From: Rhodospirillales bacterium
GTDB lineage: Bacteria; Pseudomonadota; Alphaproteobacteria; Rhodospirillales; Casp-alpha2
Direction: 5' to 3'
Assembly (NCBI GenBank): GCA_040877275.1
Contig: JBBDOA010000116.1
Coordinates: 16,695-80,694 of the forward strand
Length of the DNA: 64,000 nt
Program-made: the position numbers and the translations under genes
Shown: positions 29,193-41,717 of the stretch, in pieces
How the letters are laid out: each line of letters opens with the position of its first letter
Position numbering within the stretch: the stretch's first letter is position 1
The notes under the pieces: model-generated
The model's database searches: none
What the model saw: only the letters and a program-made list of their open reading frames with translations
What the model was told of the DNA's origin: nothing

Positions 29193-29774
29193 ATGACTGA
29201 AATCACACTGAACCGTATCGGCGCATTGCCGAAGATTTTCCCGAACCCGGACGATTACCTGTTCGTCACCGGGCTTGCCGGACCGGCCCGTGATGCCGCT
29301 GCGCTGACCGGCGATGGTGCCAACATGTTCACCATGGCCGGCTGTATGGGTGCGGCGATGACCATGGGCCTCGGCATGGCGCTGGGTGCGCCCGACCGCG
29401 AGGTTGTGGTGATCGCCGGTGACGGTGAAATGATGATGAACATTGGCTCGCTGGCGACGATTGCCTCACAGGCACCGAAAAACCTGACCATCGTCTGCGT
29501 CGACAACGGCGGTCACGGCGAGACCGGCGGTCAGGACGGGCACACCTCGAAACGCACCGATCTGGCCAAAGTTGCGGACGGGTTCGGTATCGACAGCATC
29601 CTGACGGTGAGCAGTGAAGCCGGCCTCAAGGATGCTGCCAAGTTCGTTGCATCCGGTACCGGCCCGCGCTTTCTGTGGCTCCGCGTTATGGCCGGCGAGC
29701 CGACCAAATTCAAACGCAACATGAACCCGATGGAATGCCGGGTCCGGTTCCGGACGGCTTTTCAGGCGGCTTGA
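29193..29774 (+). CDS. ThDP-dependent decarboxylase, beta (ComE-like) subunit
   Basis: GCMGAA..GLG.A, GDGE...N ThDP motif, DNGGHGETGGQ; RBS ggagg. Confidence 0.8.
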   Translation: MTEITLNRIGALPKIFPNPDDYLFVTGLAGPARDAAALTGDGANMFTMAGCMGAAMTMGLGMALGAPDREVVVIAGDGEMMMNIGSLATIASQAPKNLTIVCVDNGGHGETGGQDGHTSKRTDLAKVADGFGIDSILTVSSEAGLKDAAKFVASGTGPRFLWLRVMAGEPTKFKRNMNPMECRVRFRTAFQAA

Positions 29775-29781
29775 TCTAGCA

Positions 29782-29829
29782 CCCCTCACCCGGCTCGCTG
29801 TGCGAGCCACCCTCTCCCCGAGGAGAGGG
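29782..29829. repeat. REP-like element (family C)
   Basis: cccctcacccggctcgc...ccctctccccgaggagaggg. Confidence 0.8.
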
Positions 29830-29845
29830 TGGGGCTTGACGGCCT

Positions 29846-31762
<1,917 letters not shown>

Positions 31763-31773
31763 TTATCGTTCGG

Positions 31774-31910
31774 GTTCCGATCCCTACGCCGGTGTCACCC
31801 GGATCAGGTTCGACGGGTCACCGCCGTTTCGCTGCATTGTCTGTGTGTGACCACATATGCTTGCGATAAGGCGGACTCTCAGCCCTGTTAACCAGGGCCC
31901 CCCGCGGAAC
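31774..31910 (-). ncRNA. TPP riboswitch (THI box)
   Basis: Minus strand gggg...CTGAGA...accc.tcGAACCTGATCCGGGTgacACCGGCGTAGGGA; P1 gttccg/cggaac; upstream of thiC. Confidence 0.95.
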
Positions 31911-31972
31911 AAATTACCGAACCATGGTGCGGCTTATCGGCGCTGCGGTCAAGGATACGTTACGGGTGTGAT

Positions 31973-32482
31973 TCAGGCGGGTGCCGGGGCGTGTTTTCTG
32001 TTGCCGCTCAACTTTGTGGGTGCTGTGCCGCCGGCAGGTTCTCCGCCGCCAAGATCGGCGTCCGCAATGATCTCGTCGCCCCATTCATCCAGAATCTTGC
32101 GCTGTGTGCCGCGCAGTTGCTCGAGCCGGCGCTCCGACATGACCTGAATGAACGAGGCAATGACAGGGGGGAGGGACAGATACAGCATCCAGCCCATGCA
32201 GGCTCCGCCGTACATGACCGCCAGCACGAACACGTTGGTCAGCAACTGCATGGACTGACCGAGGTTATTGTCCTGCAGCCAAAGCTCCATCAGATAGGGG
32301 AAAACACCGCAGAAATTCAGCCCGCCGACGCAAAACGTCGCCGAACGCTCTTCGGTACGGTCAATGATCAGGGCGACAATGCCGGGTAGCATGCCGAATG
32401 CCAGCAGCAAAACGGTCGGCAGGGCGGCAACCAGCAGCAGAACCACGATAATCAGGGCCCATATGACGACTTTTATATTCAT
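31973..32482 (-). CDS. Hypothetical membrane protein
   Basis: Three to four hydrophobic segments, GMLP..VA..IDR, LDEWG; 7 nt downstream of the kinase-like gene. Confidence 0.75.
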   Translation of the reverse strand: MNIKVVIWALIIVVLLLVAALPTVLLLAFGMLPGIVALIIDRTEERSATFCVGGLNFCGVFPYLMELWLQDNNLGQSMQLLTNVFVLAVMYGGACMGWMLYLSLPPVIASFIQVMSERRLEQLRGTQRKILDEWGDEIIADADLGGGEPAGGTAPTKLSGNRKHAPAPA

Positions 32483-32489
32483 CCCGGCC

Positions 32490-34532
32490 TCATAGAATTT
32501 CCGAGAAGAAGATGATCGTCACGGCAATCATTGTGGTGACGATAGAGATCGTCGCCGCCGTCTTCTGGCCGGTCTTTTCGGCTTTGATGGTCAGCTCCGA
32601 GCCCGATCCTTCGATTTCGACGATTTCATCGGCGCAGGCGATGTATTCCTCAAGGGCATCGGCATATCCGTCCTGATCCTCGCGCCGCTTTTCTGCATCA
32701 TCGATCAGATCGAACATGTCGGGCAGGCTGCCGCGGCGGACGAGCTTGGGGATTTCCTTTTCCAGTTCCCGGCGGGTAGTCCGGCTGTGATAGGCGTTGA
32801 TCGCCGGGCCCAACAGGCCGCCGACCCAACTGCTCAGGCCATAGACCGGCTCGCATTTCAGTTTCCACTGCAGATACGCGAGCAGGCTGAGCATGCCGAT
32901 CACCGACGTGCTTTCCTTGGTTGCCGCCAGGGCCCGCAGGTGCGGCAGGATGTCTTCGTCAAACCTTGCGGCGACAAAAGCCGAAACATGCCGGTCCATC
33001 GGTTTCGATTTGCCTTCGACATGGCCGGCGGCCCGGTCCAGCGCCGGCAGCAGGCCGTCGATATAAATGACCCCGTCTTCGATGATGTGTTCGCTCTGGC
33101 AGGCAAGCCCCGGGTTCATTTCATAAAGACAGCGTTCAAGCCCCTGACCCGGGTCGTTATTGGCGAGCCAGACCTTCATCTGGGCGTACTGCCGTGACGT
33201 TTCGATGGTATCGAGGACCACGGCGCGGTCGCTGGCCCAGAACTGATAGATATCGCGATTGATGATTTCCGTTATCACCTGGACGTTGCCGTTGCGAATG
33301 ACTTCCATCGCCAGCATCGGCCCGATACCGTCCAGAAAGACCGACATGCCCTTGTAGCGAATCGGCCCCAGAGGATCCATTGCCGCACAGCATCTGGCGA
33401 CCAGATACTCTTCCGTGCCCTGGAAATCGTCCTTGTGGAAATTGGCAGTATCGATAAAGCCCTTGAGGGTGTCGGACAACTCACTCTCGCCGGCAGAGCG
33501 CTTCAGCCATGCATGGAATGTCTCGTCCTTGAGGATGCGAACGGTTTCCGGGATTTGCCGGTTGAAGGCATGGGCCAGGGTGCGGACATTGGTGTGGTCC
33601 CGGCCGCCGAAACGAAACGGGGTGTCGCCTTTGCGGGCCGGCTTTTTCTGCATCGGCGACTGTTTCAGACCGTTCAGCCACATGGTGATCTGATCAAGGT
33701 TCCAGCGCTCCGAAGGGGTGTCGGACAACAGCCCACGCAGCGGCTCGAGCAAGGACATTGATATTCGCGCATTGCCGCACAGCGCCGCATAGCTGCCGAG
33801 ATTGGTGCGGCGGAACAGAAGGTCTTCGCCTTTCATCCGCTCGATCGGATTGCCGCCCAGCGCCAGAACCACCAGGGACGCGCCGAGTGCATACATATCG
33901 TCGCTAACCGAGCCGATGCCACGACCGGCCGGATTGGCCAAAGCCCGTTCCAGGGGTTCGTACATTAACGGCTGGTCAAATCCCTCCGGCGCTGTGATGC
34001 AATCGCCGAGCACGATTTCCTGACATTCCTCATCAAGAAAAAAGATGTTCTCCGGGCGGATCGCACGGTGCGGCACGTTGAGAGCCTTCATGTGCCGGAC
34101 GCCTTCAACCAGCGGCTGGATCAGTCGGCGTGGCATGTCGTATTCGGTTATGCGTACCTGACCGCTTTTGATCTGGTCGATGACGCGGCCGCCAAGGGGG
34201 CGTTCATAGATGAGAATGATCGTGCGCTGACCGATGATCGGCCAGAAAGCAGGGCCCGATTCAACGAGTTCGAGAACGCCCGGGCCGGGTGTCGATTTCA
34301 ATTGCCGGAGGGTGTGTGTTCGAATGGGGATGCCCGGCGTACAGACCAGCGCAAACAGATCACGCGAAAGATCATGCCGATCCTCCGCCATAAAAGCCCT
34401 GGCGTTCGGCGAATCCAATGCAGGTAAAGGCTTGTCACCGTTTACCAAAAACCGATCACGGAGAACAACCGAGCCGCCTCGAATTGGAGCGGATGCATCG
34501 ATTTCGTCCGCGTCAAAAGGCTCTTCTGCCAT
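32490..34532 (-). CDS. Protein-kinase-like (probable pseudokinase) with C-terminal membrane anchor
   Basis: HRAIRPENIF, VLGDC, YEPLE, DDMYALG, LRGLL...ERW; C-terminal hydrophobic tail. Confidence 0.75.
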   Translation of the reverse strand: MAEEPFDADEIDASAPIRGGSVVLRDRFLVNGDKPLPALDSPNARAFMAEDRHDLSRDLFALVCTPGIPIRTHTLRQLKSTPGPGVLELVESGPAFWPIIGQRTIILIYERPLGGRVIDQIKSGQVRITEYDMPRRLIQPLVEGVRHMKALNVPHRAIRPENIFFLDEECQEIVLGDCITAPEGFDQPLMYEPLERALANPAGRGIGSVSDDMYALGASLVVLALGGNPIERMKGEDLLFRRTNLGSYAALCGNARISMSLLEPLRGLLSDTPSERWNLDQITMWLNGLKQSPMQKKPARKGDTPFRFGGRDHTNVRTLAHAFNRQIPETVRILKDETFHAWLKRSAGESELSDTLKGFIDTANFHKDDFQGTEEYLVARCCAAMDPLGPIRYKGMSVFLDGIGPMLAMEVIRNGNVQVITEIINRDIYQFWASDRAVVLDTIETSRQYAQMKVWLANNDPGQGLERCLYEMNPGLACQSEHIIEDGVIYIDGLLPALDRAAGHVEGKSKPMDRHVSAFVAARFDEDILPHLRALAATKESTSVIGMLSLLAYLQWKLKCEPVYGLSSWVGGLLGPAINAYHSRTTRRELEKEIPKLVRRGSLPDMFDLIDDAEKRREDQDGYADALEEYIACADEIVEIEGSGSELTIKAEKTGQKTAATISIVTTMIAVTIIFFSEIL

Positions 34533-34723
34533 GCACGCGACCCTCAAGTATTACACCGGCACACACAAATAACGGTACCGGGCATCTTGGCCGAAAGAGT
34601 TTCTCTCCGGCTAACACCAGTATTCAATCGTTATTCGTGAAAAATCGCAAGCTTTTCCTGCAATTCCGGTTGCGTATGGTTAATATCCATACGTCAGAAT
34701 ATATTGCACGAACGGGGGCCATC

Positions 34724-35803
34724 ATGACGGGTGACACAAGAATTAGGACGGTTCAACTGACGCCCGTTTCGGTGCCGCTGGCGCGACCGATGCGGACAGC
34801 TTCCGGTGTCTTGCCGGGGGCCGCACTCTGTCTGATCGACGTTACGCTGGATGCCGGTGTTGTCGGCTCGAGCTATATCTTCACCTATACGCCAAAGATG
34901 CTGCCGGTGATGGCCGGCCTGCACAACCGCGTCACAGGGATGTTCGAAGGCGCAGTGGCCGATCCTGCACAGTTGTTTCAGGACTTCCAGTCGACATTTC
35001 GCCTGCTCGGCATTCAGGGATTGCTCGGCATGTATTTCTCAGGCATCGAAATGGCGGTGTGGGACGCGCTGGGTAAACTGCAGGGGCAATCCGTCTGCCG
35101 GCTGCTGGGCGGGACGGAAAAGCCGCTACCAGCTTATGACAGCTACGGATTTATCGACCCCGGCACCGACCTGGGCCTACTTGAGACAAGTCTGAAGGCC
35201 GGGTTCAAAGCGATCAAGATCAAGCTCGGCGTCGGTGCGTTCGAGGCTGATCTGGCCAGTGTCCGGGCTGTCCGGGCTGTCATTGGCCCGGATATCAGTC
35301 TGATGATTGATTACAACCAGTCGCTTGATGTTCAGACCGCGCTCGATCATGCCAAAAGGCTGGCCGAGTACAATATTTACTGGATTGAAGAACCGGTCCC
35401 GGCGGAAGATCTCGCCGGCCACGCCCGGGTCCGCAGGGACAGTCCGATCCGTGTGCAGACCGGCGAAAGCTGGTGGTTTCCGTCAGGGGCGGCGAACGCG
35501 ATCAACGCCGGAGCCAGCGACTATGTCATGCCGGACATGATGAAGATCGGCGGCTTTACCGGCTGGATGGCGGCTGCGAAAATGGCCGAGGCGGCAGGGC
35601 TGCCAGTTTCCAGCCATGCCTTTGTCGAGGTCAGCGCCCATGCGCTGGCGGCGACCAAAGGGGCGCACTGGCTGGAATACCTCGACAAGGCCAGACCCTT
35701 ACTTAAGGAGGCCTATGACGTTGAAGACGGCATGGTGACGCCCAGGGGTCCCGGCCTCGGCATCGCATGGGATCCGAAAAAAGTCGCCGAATTCGCGTTG
35801 TGA
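34724..35803 (+). CDS. Mandelate racemase-like enolase superfamily enzyme
   Basis: AYDS, KIK, DYNQ, WIEEP, TGE, MPD, SSH, HWLEY. Confidence 0.85.
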   Translation: MTGDTRIRTVQLTPVSVPLARPMRTASGVLPGAALCLIDVTLDAGVVGSSYIFTYTPKMLPVMAGLHNRVTGMFEGAVADPAQLFQDFQSTFRLLGIQGLLGMYFSGIEMAVWDALGKLQGQSVCRLLGGTEKPLPAYDSYGFIDPGTDLGLLETSLKAGFKAIKIKLGVGAFEADLASVRAVRAVIGPDISLMIDYNQSLDVQTALDHAKRLAEYNIYWIEEPVPAEDLAGHARVRRDSPIRVQTGESWWFPSGAANAINAGASDYVMPDMMKIGGFTGWMAAAKMAEAAGLPVSSHAFVEVSAHALAATKGAHWLEYLDKARPLLKEAYDVEDGMVTPRGPGLGIAWDPKKVAEFAL

Positions 35804-35810
35804 CGATCCG

Positions 35811-35909
35811 CATCCTTCGAGACGCTCGCAGGCTCGCTCCTCAGGATGAGGATGAAACTTCAACACCAACCTCATCCTGAGGAGGCCCTTAGGGCCGTCT
35901 CGAAGGATG
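35811..35909. repeat. REP-like doublet (family B)
   Basis: catccttcgagacg...cctcaggatgagg / cctcatcctgagg...cgtctcgaaggatg. Confidence 0.85.
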
Positions 35910-35921
35910 AATGACCGGGCC

Positions 35922-37214
35922 CTAGTCCTCGAACGGGTCGTGGACGAGGATCGTGTCGTCGCGTTCGGGACTGGTCGACAGCAGTGCCACCGGCGCTTCA
36001 ATCAGCTCCTCGATGCGACGGATGTACTTGATCGCCGTCGCCGGTAGCTCAGCCCATGAACGCGCCCCCTGCGTGCTATCACTCCAGCCTTCGAGGGTTT
36101 CGTAAATAGGCTTCACGCGTTCCTGGCGCACGGTCGATGCCGGCAGGTGATCAATTCTCTCGCCGTCGATGTCATAGCCGACACAGACCTTGAGTTCCTT
36201 CTGGCCATCCAGCACGTCGAGCTTGGTCAGCGCGATTCCGGTGATGCCGTTGACCTTGACGGCCTGGCGTACCAGTACGGCGTCGAACCAGCCGCAGCGG
36301 CGCTTGCGACCGGTAACGACACCGAATTCGCGGCCCTTGGCACCGAGTTGCTCACCGATTTCATCGGTCAGTTCGGTCGGGAACGGGCCGGAACCGACCC
36401 GGGTCGTATAGGCCTTGGTAATGCCGAGCACGTAATCAATGGCGCCCGGGCCCTGTCCGGAACCGATGGCGGCCTGACCGGCAACGGTGTTGGACGAGGT
36501 GACGAACGGATAGGTGCCGTGATCGATGTCGAGCATCGTTCCCTGTGCACCTTCGAACAGGATTCTGTTGCCCTTGCGGCGCATCTCGTCGAGGTCCTGC
36601 CAGACGGTTGTCGCATACGGTAACAGCAGCGGTGCCATCTGGTTCAGTTCAGCCAGCAGTGCCTGAGCATCGACTTCCGGCATGTTCAGGCCGCGCAGCA
36701 GGGCGTTGTGGTGGAACAGCAGGGCATCGACCTTGTCGGCCAGCACGTCGGTATCGGCCAGATCGCCGACGCGGATAGCGCGACGGGCCGTCTTGTCTTC
36801 ATAAGCCGGGCCGATGCCGCGACCGGTGGTGCCGATCTTGGCCTTGCCGGCGGCCTGTTCGCGAACCTGATCGAGATTTCTGTGCAGGGGCAGGATCAGA
36901 GGGCAGTTCTCGGCAACGCGCAGGTTTTCAGGTCCGACGTCGACGCCGAGCTTGCGGATGTTTTCGATTTCCGCCATCAGCGCCCACGGGTCAACGACGA
37001 CGCCATTGCCGATGATCGACAATTTGCCTTTTCTGACGATACCCGACGGCAGCAAGCTCAGCTTGTAGGTCACGCCATCAATGACAAGGGTATGACCGGC
37101 GTTATGGCCGCCCTGAAAGCGTACCACGACATCGGCACGTTCCGATAACCAGTCAACGATCTTGCCTTTTCCTTCATCGCCCCATTGCGAGCCGACGACT
37201 ACGACGTTGGCCAT
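35922..37214 (-). CDS. purA: Adenylosuccinate synthase
   Basis: [33 protein letters not shown]. Confidence 0.98.
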   Translation of the reverse strand: MANVVVVGSQWGDEGKGKIVDWLSERADVVVRFQGGHNAGHTLVIDGVTYKLSLLPSGIVRKGKLSIIGNGVVVDPWALMAEIENIRKLGVDVGPENLRVAENCPLILPLHRNLDQVREQAAGKAKIGTTGRGIGPAYEDKTARRAIRVGDLADTDVLADKVDALLFHHNALLRGLNMPEVDAQALLAELNQMAPLLLPYATTVWQDLDEMRRKGNRILFEGAQGTMLDIDHGTYPFVTSSNTVAGQAAIGSGQGPGAIDYVLGITKAYTTRVGSGPFPTELTDEIGEQLGAKGREFGVVTGRKRRCGWFDAVLVRQAVKVNGITGIALTKLDVLDGQKELKVCVGYDIDGERIDHLPASTVRQERVKPIYETLEGWSDSTQGARSWAELPATAIKYIRRIEELIEAPVALLSTSPERDDTILVHDPFED

Positions 37215-37233
37215 ACGAACTGTCTCCTTTGGA

Positions 37234-38406
37234 TCAATTGCCGTCGAGCGGCACAGGGGTGCCGTCGATCAAGACATGTGTACATTCAAGGTGGGCCGCT
37301 TCGGCTTTTGCGTCAGGGCCTGTTTTGTATCCCTGCAGGGTGCGGAACCCCTGGCGGCGCAGGTCGTCGCCAGTGCTTCGGGGGGTGCCGTCGGGCAGAT
37401 ACAGTTTCGAGGGTGCGATCGGCAAGGGCAGGGCCCTCAGGATGCTGTCCATGAACAGGGTAAAGCCGGTTGCCGGTTCGCCGTCGCTGAAATCATCCTG
37501 ACCGGCGATATAGCGGCCACCGCTGCCCAACTCGCCGCGCACACCCGGTGCGAAAAGCGTGAAAGTTACACCGGAATGATATTCAAAGCCGCGGTTTTCA
37601 ACGGCATCAAGGGTCAGATCAAGTGCCGGATCGGCCTGTTCGATCAGTTTGACGGTGGCCAGCAGGGCATCGCGTGCCCTGGCGGCAGCGCCCGTCAGCG
37701 CCAGGGCGGCAATCATGCTGCTGACCTTCTCGACCGGACCGGAAGCCGCCAGCAGCGCCACGAAAAGACCGCGCGTGTCGGCCGTGAACTGGTCGGACAG
37801 TGATTTCACTTCGGCCGCGTCCTTGGCATCAAGGGCGGCCCGCATCTTCGCCGCCGCTTCGCCTTCAATGGCCAGGCTTTGCATGACCAGCGGCACCAGC
37901 GTCGGCTGACACAGATCGACCTTGATATTCCTGATGCCGAGCCCGTTCAGGGATTCCGCTGCCAGCAGCACCATTTCTGCATCGGCCCGAGGGTCGGCGG
38001 TGCCGATCAGCTCTGCGCCGGCTTGCGTGAATTGCCGTTCCGGGCGCAATTGAGAACCCTTGATGCGCAAGACCTCACCGCCGTAACACAGCCGGATCGG
38101 CCTTGGCTCGTGCGACAGACGGGTTGTGGCGATTCTGGCGACCTGCGGCGTGATATCGGCGCGCAGTCCCATCATGCGCTGCGAGATCGGATCCATAAGC
38201 CGGAAAGTCTGCCCGCTCATGGCGGCACCGGTGCCGGCCAGCAGATGATCTTCAAATTCGACCAACGGCGGGGCAACCCTGTCGAAGCCATGCTGAACGA
38301 ATGCCAAAACCAGCCGCTCGCGCGTCTCGGCCTCAAATGCCGCCAGGGGGGGCAGTCCGTCCGTCAGGCCGGCGGGCAACAGAGCTTTTTCCGTCGGTTT
38401 CGTCAT
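37234..38406 (-). CDS. hisZ: ATP phosphoribosyltransferase regulatory subunit
   Basis: [30 protein letters not shown]; upstream of purA. Confidence 0.92.
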   Translation of the reverse strand: MTKPTEKALLPAGLTDGLPPLAAFEAETRERLVLAFVQHGFDRVAPPLVEFEDHLLAGTGAAMSGQTFRLMDPISQRMMGLRADITPQVARIATTRLSHEPRPIRLCYGGEVLRIKGSQLRPERQFTQAGAELIGTADPRADAEMVLLAAESLNGLGIRNIKVDLCQPTLVPLVMQSLAIEGEAAAKMRAALDAKDAAEVKSLSDQFTADTRGLFVALLAASGPVEKVSSMIAALALTGAAARARDALLATVKLIEQADPALDLTLDAVENRGFEYHSGVTFTLFAPGVRGELGSGGRYIAGQDDFSDGEPATGFTLFMDSILRALPLPIAPSKLYLPDGTPRSTGDDLRRQGFRTLQGYKTGPDAKAEAAHLECTHVLIDGTPVPLDGN

Positions 38407-38521
38407 CTATAGTGGTCCACTGATTAACCGGGCGATGCCGGGCAGGCATGCCGCATTCGCCCGAGTTTCCTAGCGGTTTTGCGCGGGAAGGGCAAGGTTC
38501 GCCAGGACTGCGGAATGGGGA

Positions 38522-39133
38522 TTATTGGGCGGACGGTTTGTCGTTGCGAACGGTTTTGCCGATGTTATCGACCAGCGGCTTGATCATGGCCCGGTGCAAA
38601 GCGGGACCGTCGGTCTCTACGCTTTCGGCGATGATGGTCCAGCCCTGCCACAGGCGTTTGCCGTTCTGCCGATCCTCGATCACAGCATCAATACGGAATT
38701 CGCTGGGCGCAACCTGGGTGATGCCCTTGTCACGCTTCGGATTCAAAATGCCGCCCCGCTCGGAATCAAAGATATTCAGACGGACTGCCGGTGCATCCTT
38801 GCCGGTATGGTTTTCTGTATTACTGAGGTCGATCAAGCGGTTGGGGCCGCCGCCGCTCCATTTTCCGGACGTGTCGCGGGCCTCAAAACTGAGAATCAGG
38901 CGGCTTTTGTCGGCGATTGTGTAGCCTTTATCCCTGAGCTCATCCTCAAATATTTTTTTCAGCTCAAGGATCTCCTCGGCATCGTCAAAAATCTCGACGC
39001 TAACCGTCTCGTTGCTGGGAATGTCGAAAAACGAGACAGCATTGATTTCGATCTCGTCTGCACGAAGGGGGGGCGACGAAATCATGGCACTCACGGTGAG
39101 TGCGCTGAACACAAGAACGCTGAAACGCATCAA
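38522..39133 (-). CDS. Hypothetical secreted protein
   Basis: Signal peptide, RBS gagg, C-terminal GKRLWQG...IGKTV. Confidence 0.65.
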   Translation of the reverse strand: MMRFSVLVFSALTVSAMISSPPLRADEIEINAVSFFDIPSNETVSVEIFDDAEEILELKKIFEDELRDKGYTIADKSRLILSFEARDTSGKWSGGGPNRLIDLSNTENHTGKDAPAVRLNIFDSERGGILNPKRDKGITQVAPSEFRIDAVIEDRQNGKRLWQGWTIIAESVETDGPALHRAMIKPLVDNIGKTVRNDKPSAQ

Positions 39134-39218
39134 TCAATCCTCGGAGGAAAGTTAACTTTCTGAAATCAGGGAATCATTTTCACCATGCAGAGTCAACACA
39201 GAGCGCATGGGGCCGGTT

Positions 39219-40034
39219 TCAGATAATCGCGTGGCGGACCTTGGCCGAAACCCATTCGCTGACGATGACGGTCCCCAGTATAACCAGCAGGATCAGGGAA
39301 ACCTGTGTCCAGGCGACGGTATTGATCGAGGAGCTGAGCTGCAGCCCGATGCCGCCGGCCCCGACCAGGCCCAGCACCGTGGATTCACGGATGTTGATAT
39401 CCCAGCGAAACACCGAAATACCGGCAAACGCCGGCATGATCTGCGGGACAATGCCGTAATGCAGGATTTGCAGACCGCTGGCACCGGTTGCGGTGACGGC
39501 CTCGACCTGGGAAACGTCGATCTCTTCAATTGCTTCGTACAGCAGTTTGGCGCAGAAGCCGATCGAACGAATGCCGATGGCCAGCACCCCGGCCAGCACG
39601 CCGGGGCCGATGATCGTGACCAGCATAAGCGCCCACAACAGGGAATTGATGGATCTGGACGAGACAATGATGAACAGCGCTATCGGTCGGATAAAGGCCT
39701 TCGAGGGTGTGGTGTTACGGGCCGCCAGAAAGGCGATGGGAAACGCCAGGACGATGGCCATCAGGGTCCCCAGCGTGGCGATGTTGATGGTGTCCCAGAT
39801 CGCCAGCCACAGCATGTCGATATAGTCCCATGCCGGCGGCACCATGCGCGAAGCCATGTCGGCGGCCTGCGTCGGCGCATCATGAACGAATTCCCAGATG
39901 GTCCTTTCGGAAACCAGTGACCAGCAATAGGTGAAAACGATCAGGCCAAAAAGCTGCACGGCCCAGGCGGTCAGTTTGGTTCGGTTGTCACGCCGCTTCC
40001 AGAGCCGGGTATCCGCTGTTTCAATCACCGGCAT
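39219..40034 (-). CDS. phnE: PhnE-type ABC permease
   Basis: FLAARNT, RWDINIRESTVLGLVGAGGIG. Confidence 0.9.
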   Translation of the reverse strand: MPVIETADTRLWKRRDNRTKLTAWAVQLFGLIVFTYCWSLVSERTIWEFVHDAPTQAADMASRMVPPAWDYIDMLWLAIWDTINIATLGTLMAIVLAFPIAFLAARNTTPSKAFIRPIALFIIVSSRSINSLLWALMLVTIIGPGVLAGVLAIGIRSIGFCAKLLYEAIEEIDVSQVEAVTATGASGLQILHYGIVPQIMPAFAGISVFRWDINIRESTVLGLVGAGGIGLQLSSSINTVAWTQVSLILLVILGTVIVSEWVSAKVRHAII

Positions 40035-40036
40035 GA

Positions 40037-40840
40037 TTACTGCACCCATTTCCTGATATAACTGGACGAATATTCGACACCCATGACGATAATGATGATG
40101 ATCAGCAGGATCGCGGCGGCGGAATCATATTCATAGCGGTCGAACGAGGTCAGCAGTGTTGCGCCGATGCCGCCGCCACCGACGATGCCGAGGACGGCGG
40201 ATTCCCTGAAATTGATGTCGAGCCGGTACATGCCGAGACCGATCATGCGGGGCATGACCTGGGGCTGTACCGCATAGTTGAGCCACTGAAACCAGCCGGC
40301 ACCCGTTGCCTTGACGGCTTCTGCCTGGGCCGGGTCCATATCCTCGATGTCTTCAGCCAGCAGTTTTCCATAAAAACCGATGGTGCCGATCGACAACGCG
40401 ATAAACCCGGCAAACGGGCCGAACCCGAACAGCTTGACGGCAAACAGCGCGATGATGATCTCGGGGAATGTTCGTGAGACGGCAAGGATGGCACGCGACA
40501 CCAGATAGACGGGGCGGGGTGACAGATTGCGTGCTGCACCCAGCCCGACCGGGATCGATAGGGCAATGCCGACGACCGTCGAAATGATGGTGATCCACAG
40601 GCTTTCCAGGATACCATCGAGTATGGCATCCCACCGCGATACGAAATCCGGCGGAAAGAACGAGGCGACGAAACGGGCACCGCGCGGGATGCCATCGGCA
40701 ACCCGACCCCAGTTGACGTCCATGGTGCCGAAAACGACGGCGAGATAGGCGGCGCCGACGACGACAATGCCCCAGCGCAGCAGCGGGCTCTTGATAAAAG
40801 GCTGTTTTTTCCAGGTGCGGGGCGAGGCGGTAGCGTTCAT
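40037..40840 (-). CDS. phnE: PhnE-type ABC permease
   Basis: [22 protein letters not shown]. Confidence 0.9.
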   Translation of the reverse strand: MNATASPRTWKKQPFIKSPLLRWGIVVVGAAYLAVVFGTMDVNWGRVADGIPRGARFVASFFPPDFVSRWDAILDGILESLWITIISTVVGIALSIPVGLGAARNLSPRPVYLVSRAILAVSRTFPEIIIALFAVKLFGFGPFAGFIALSIGTIGFYGKLLAEDIEDMDPAQAEAVKATGAGWFQWLNYAVQPQVMPRMIGLGMYRLDINFRESAVLGIVGGGGIGATLLTSFDRYEYDSAAAILLIIIIIVMGVEYSSSYIRKWVQ

Positions 40841-41631
40841 GGGATGGGGTCTTCCTCGTCTTCGTCCTCGACCTTGGCGATGGTCGCTTCCCAGTCCTCT
40901 TCGCCGTAAATCTGCGTCAGCACATCAGAGGTCAGACCGTCGGGCGGGCCGTCATAGACGATTTCGCCAAGCTGCAGGCCGACGATGCGTTCAGCGAACA
41001 TCTGTGCCAGCAAGACGTCGTGGATGTTGATAATCGCGGCAAGGCCACGTTCTTTGCAAAGCTCGCAGATCAGCCGCATGATCTGGCGCGAGGTCTTGGG
41101 ATCGAGCGAGGCGGTCGGCTCATCGACCAGAAGCAGCTCAGGGTTCTGGATCAGCGCCCGGCAGATGCCGACCCGCTGGCGCTGGCCGCCGGACAACTCA
41201 TCGGCGCGCTTGTCGACCATTTGATCAAGGCCGACCCGGGCCAGCAGGCGAAACGCCTCGTCGATGTCCGATTGCGGAAATTTGCGGAAATAACTGCGCC
41301 AGAACGGCACATAGCCAAGCCGCCCGGAGAGCACGTTTTCCATCACGGTCAGACGTTCGACCAGCGCATATTCCTGAAAAATCATGCCCATGCGGCGTCT
41401 GGCGCGGCGCAACTGGCCCTGGTTCAGCCCGCTCAGTTCCATATCGCCGAGATAGATTTTGCCGGATGTCGGTTCAACCAGACGGTTGACGCACCGGATC
41501 AGGGTTGATTTGCCGGCACCCGACGGGCCGATCAGGGCCATGACCTGGCCGTCCGGCACCTCAAGGCTGACGCTTTTAAGCGCCTTGTCGCCTGTTTTGT
41601 ATTGTTTGACGAGATCGACAAGCCGAAGCAT
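40837..41631 (-). CDS. phnC: PhnC-type ABC ATP-binding protein
   Basis: [26 protein letters not shown]. Confidence 0.92.
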   Translation of the reverse strand: MLRLVDLVKQYKTGDKALKSVSLEVPDGQVMALIGPSGAGKSTLIRCVNRLVEPTSGKIYLGDMELSGLNQGQLRRARRRMGMIFQEYALVERLTVMENVLSGRLGYVPFWRSYFRKFPQSDIDEAFRLLARVGLDQMVDKRADELSGGQRQRVGICRALIQNPELLLVDEPTASLDPKTSRQIMRLICELCKERGLAAIINIHDVLLAQMFAERIVGLQLGEIVYDGPPDGLTSDVLTQIYGEEDWEATIAKVEDEDEEDPIP

Positions 41632-41659
41632 GAAGCGTCCCCCTCCCTGAAGATTTTTT

Positions 41660-41701
41660 CCGTGACGACGGTGCCGGTATTTCAGCCGGCACCGCCCACG
41701 G
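41660..41701 (-). terminator. Stem-loop after second phnD
   Basis: ccgtg..cggtgccgg-loop-ccggcaccg..cacgg. Confidence 0.4.
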
Positions 41702-41717
41702 TCGTTTCAGCGACGAC

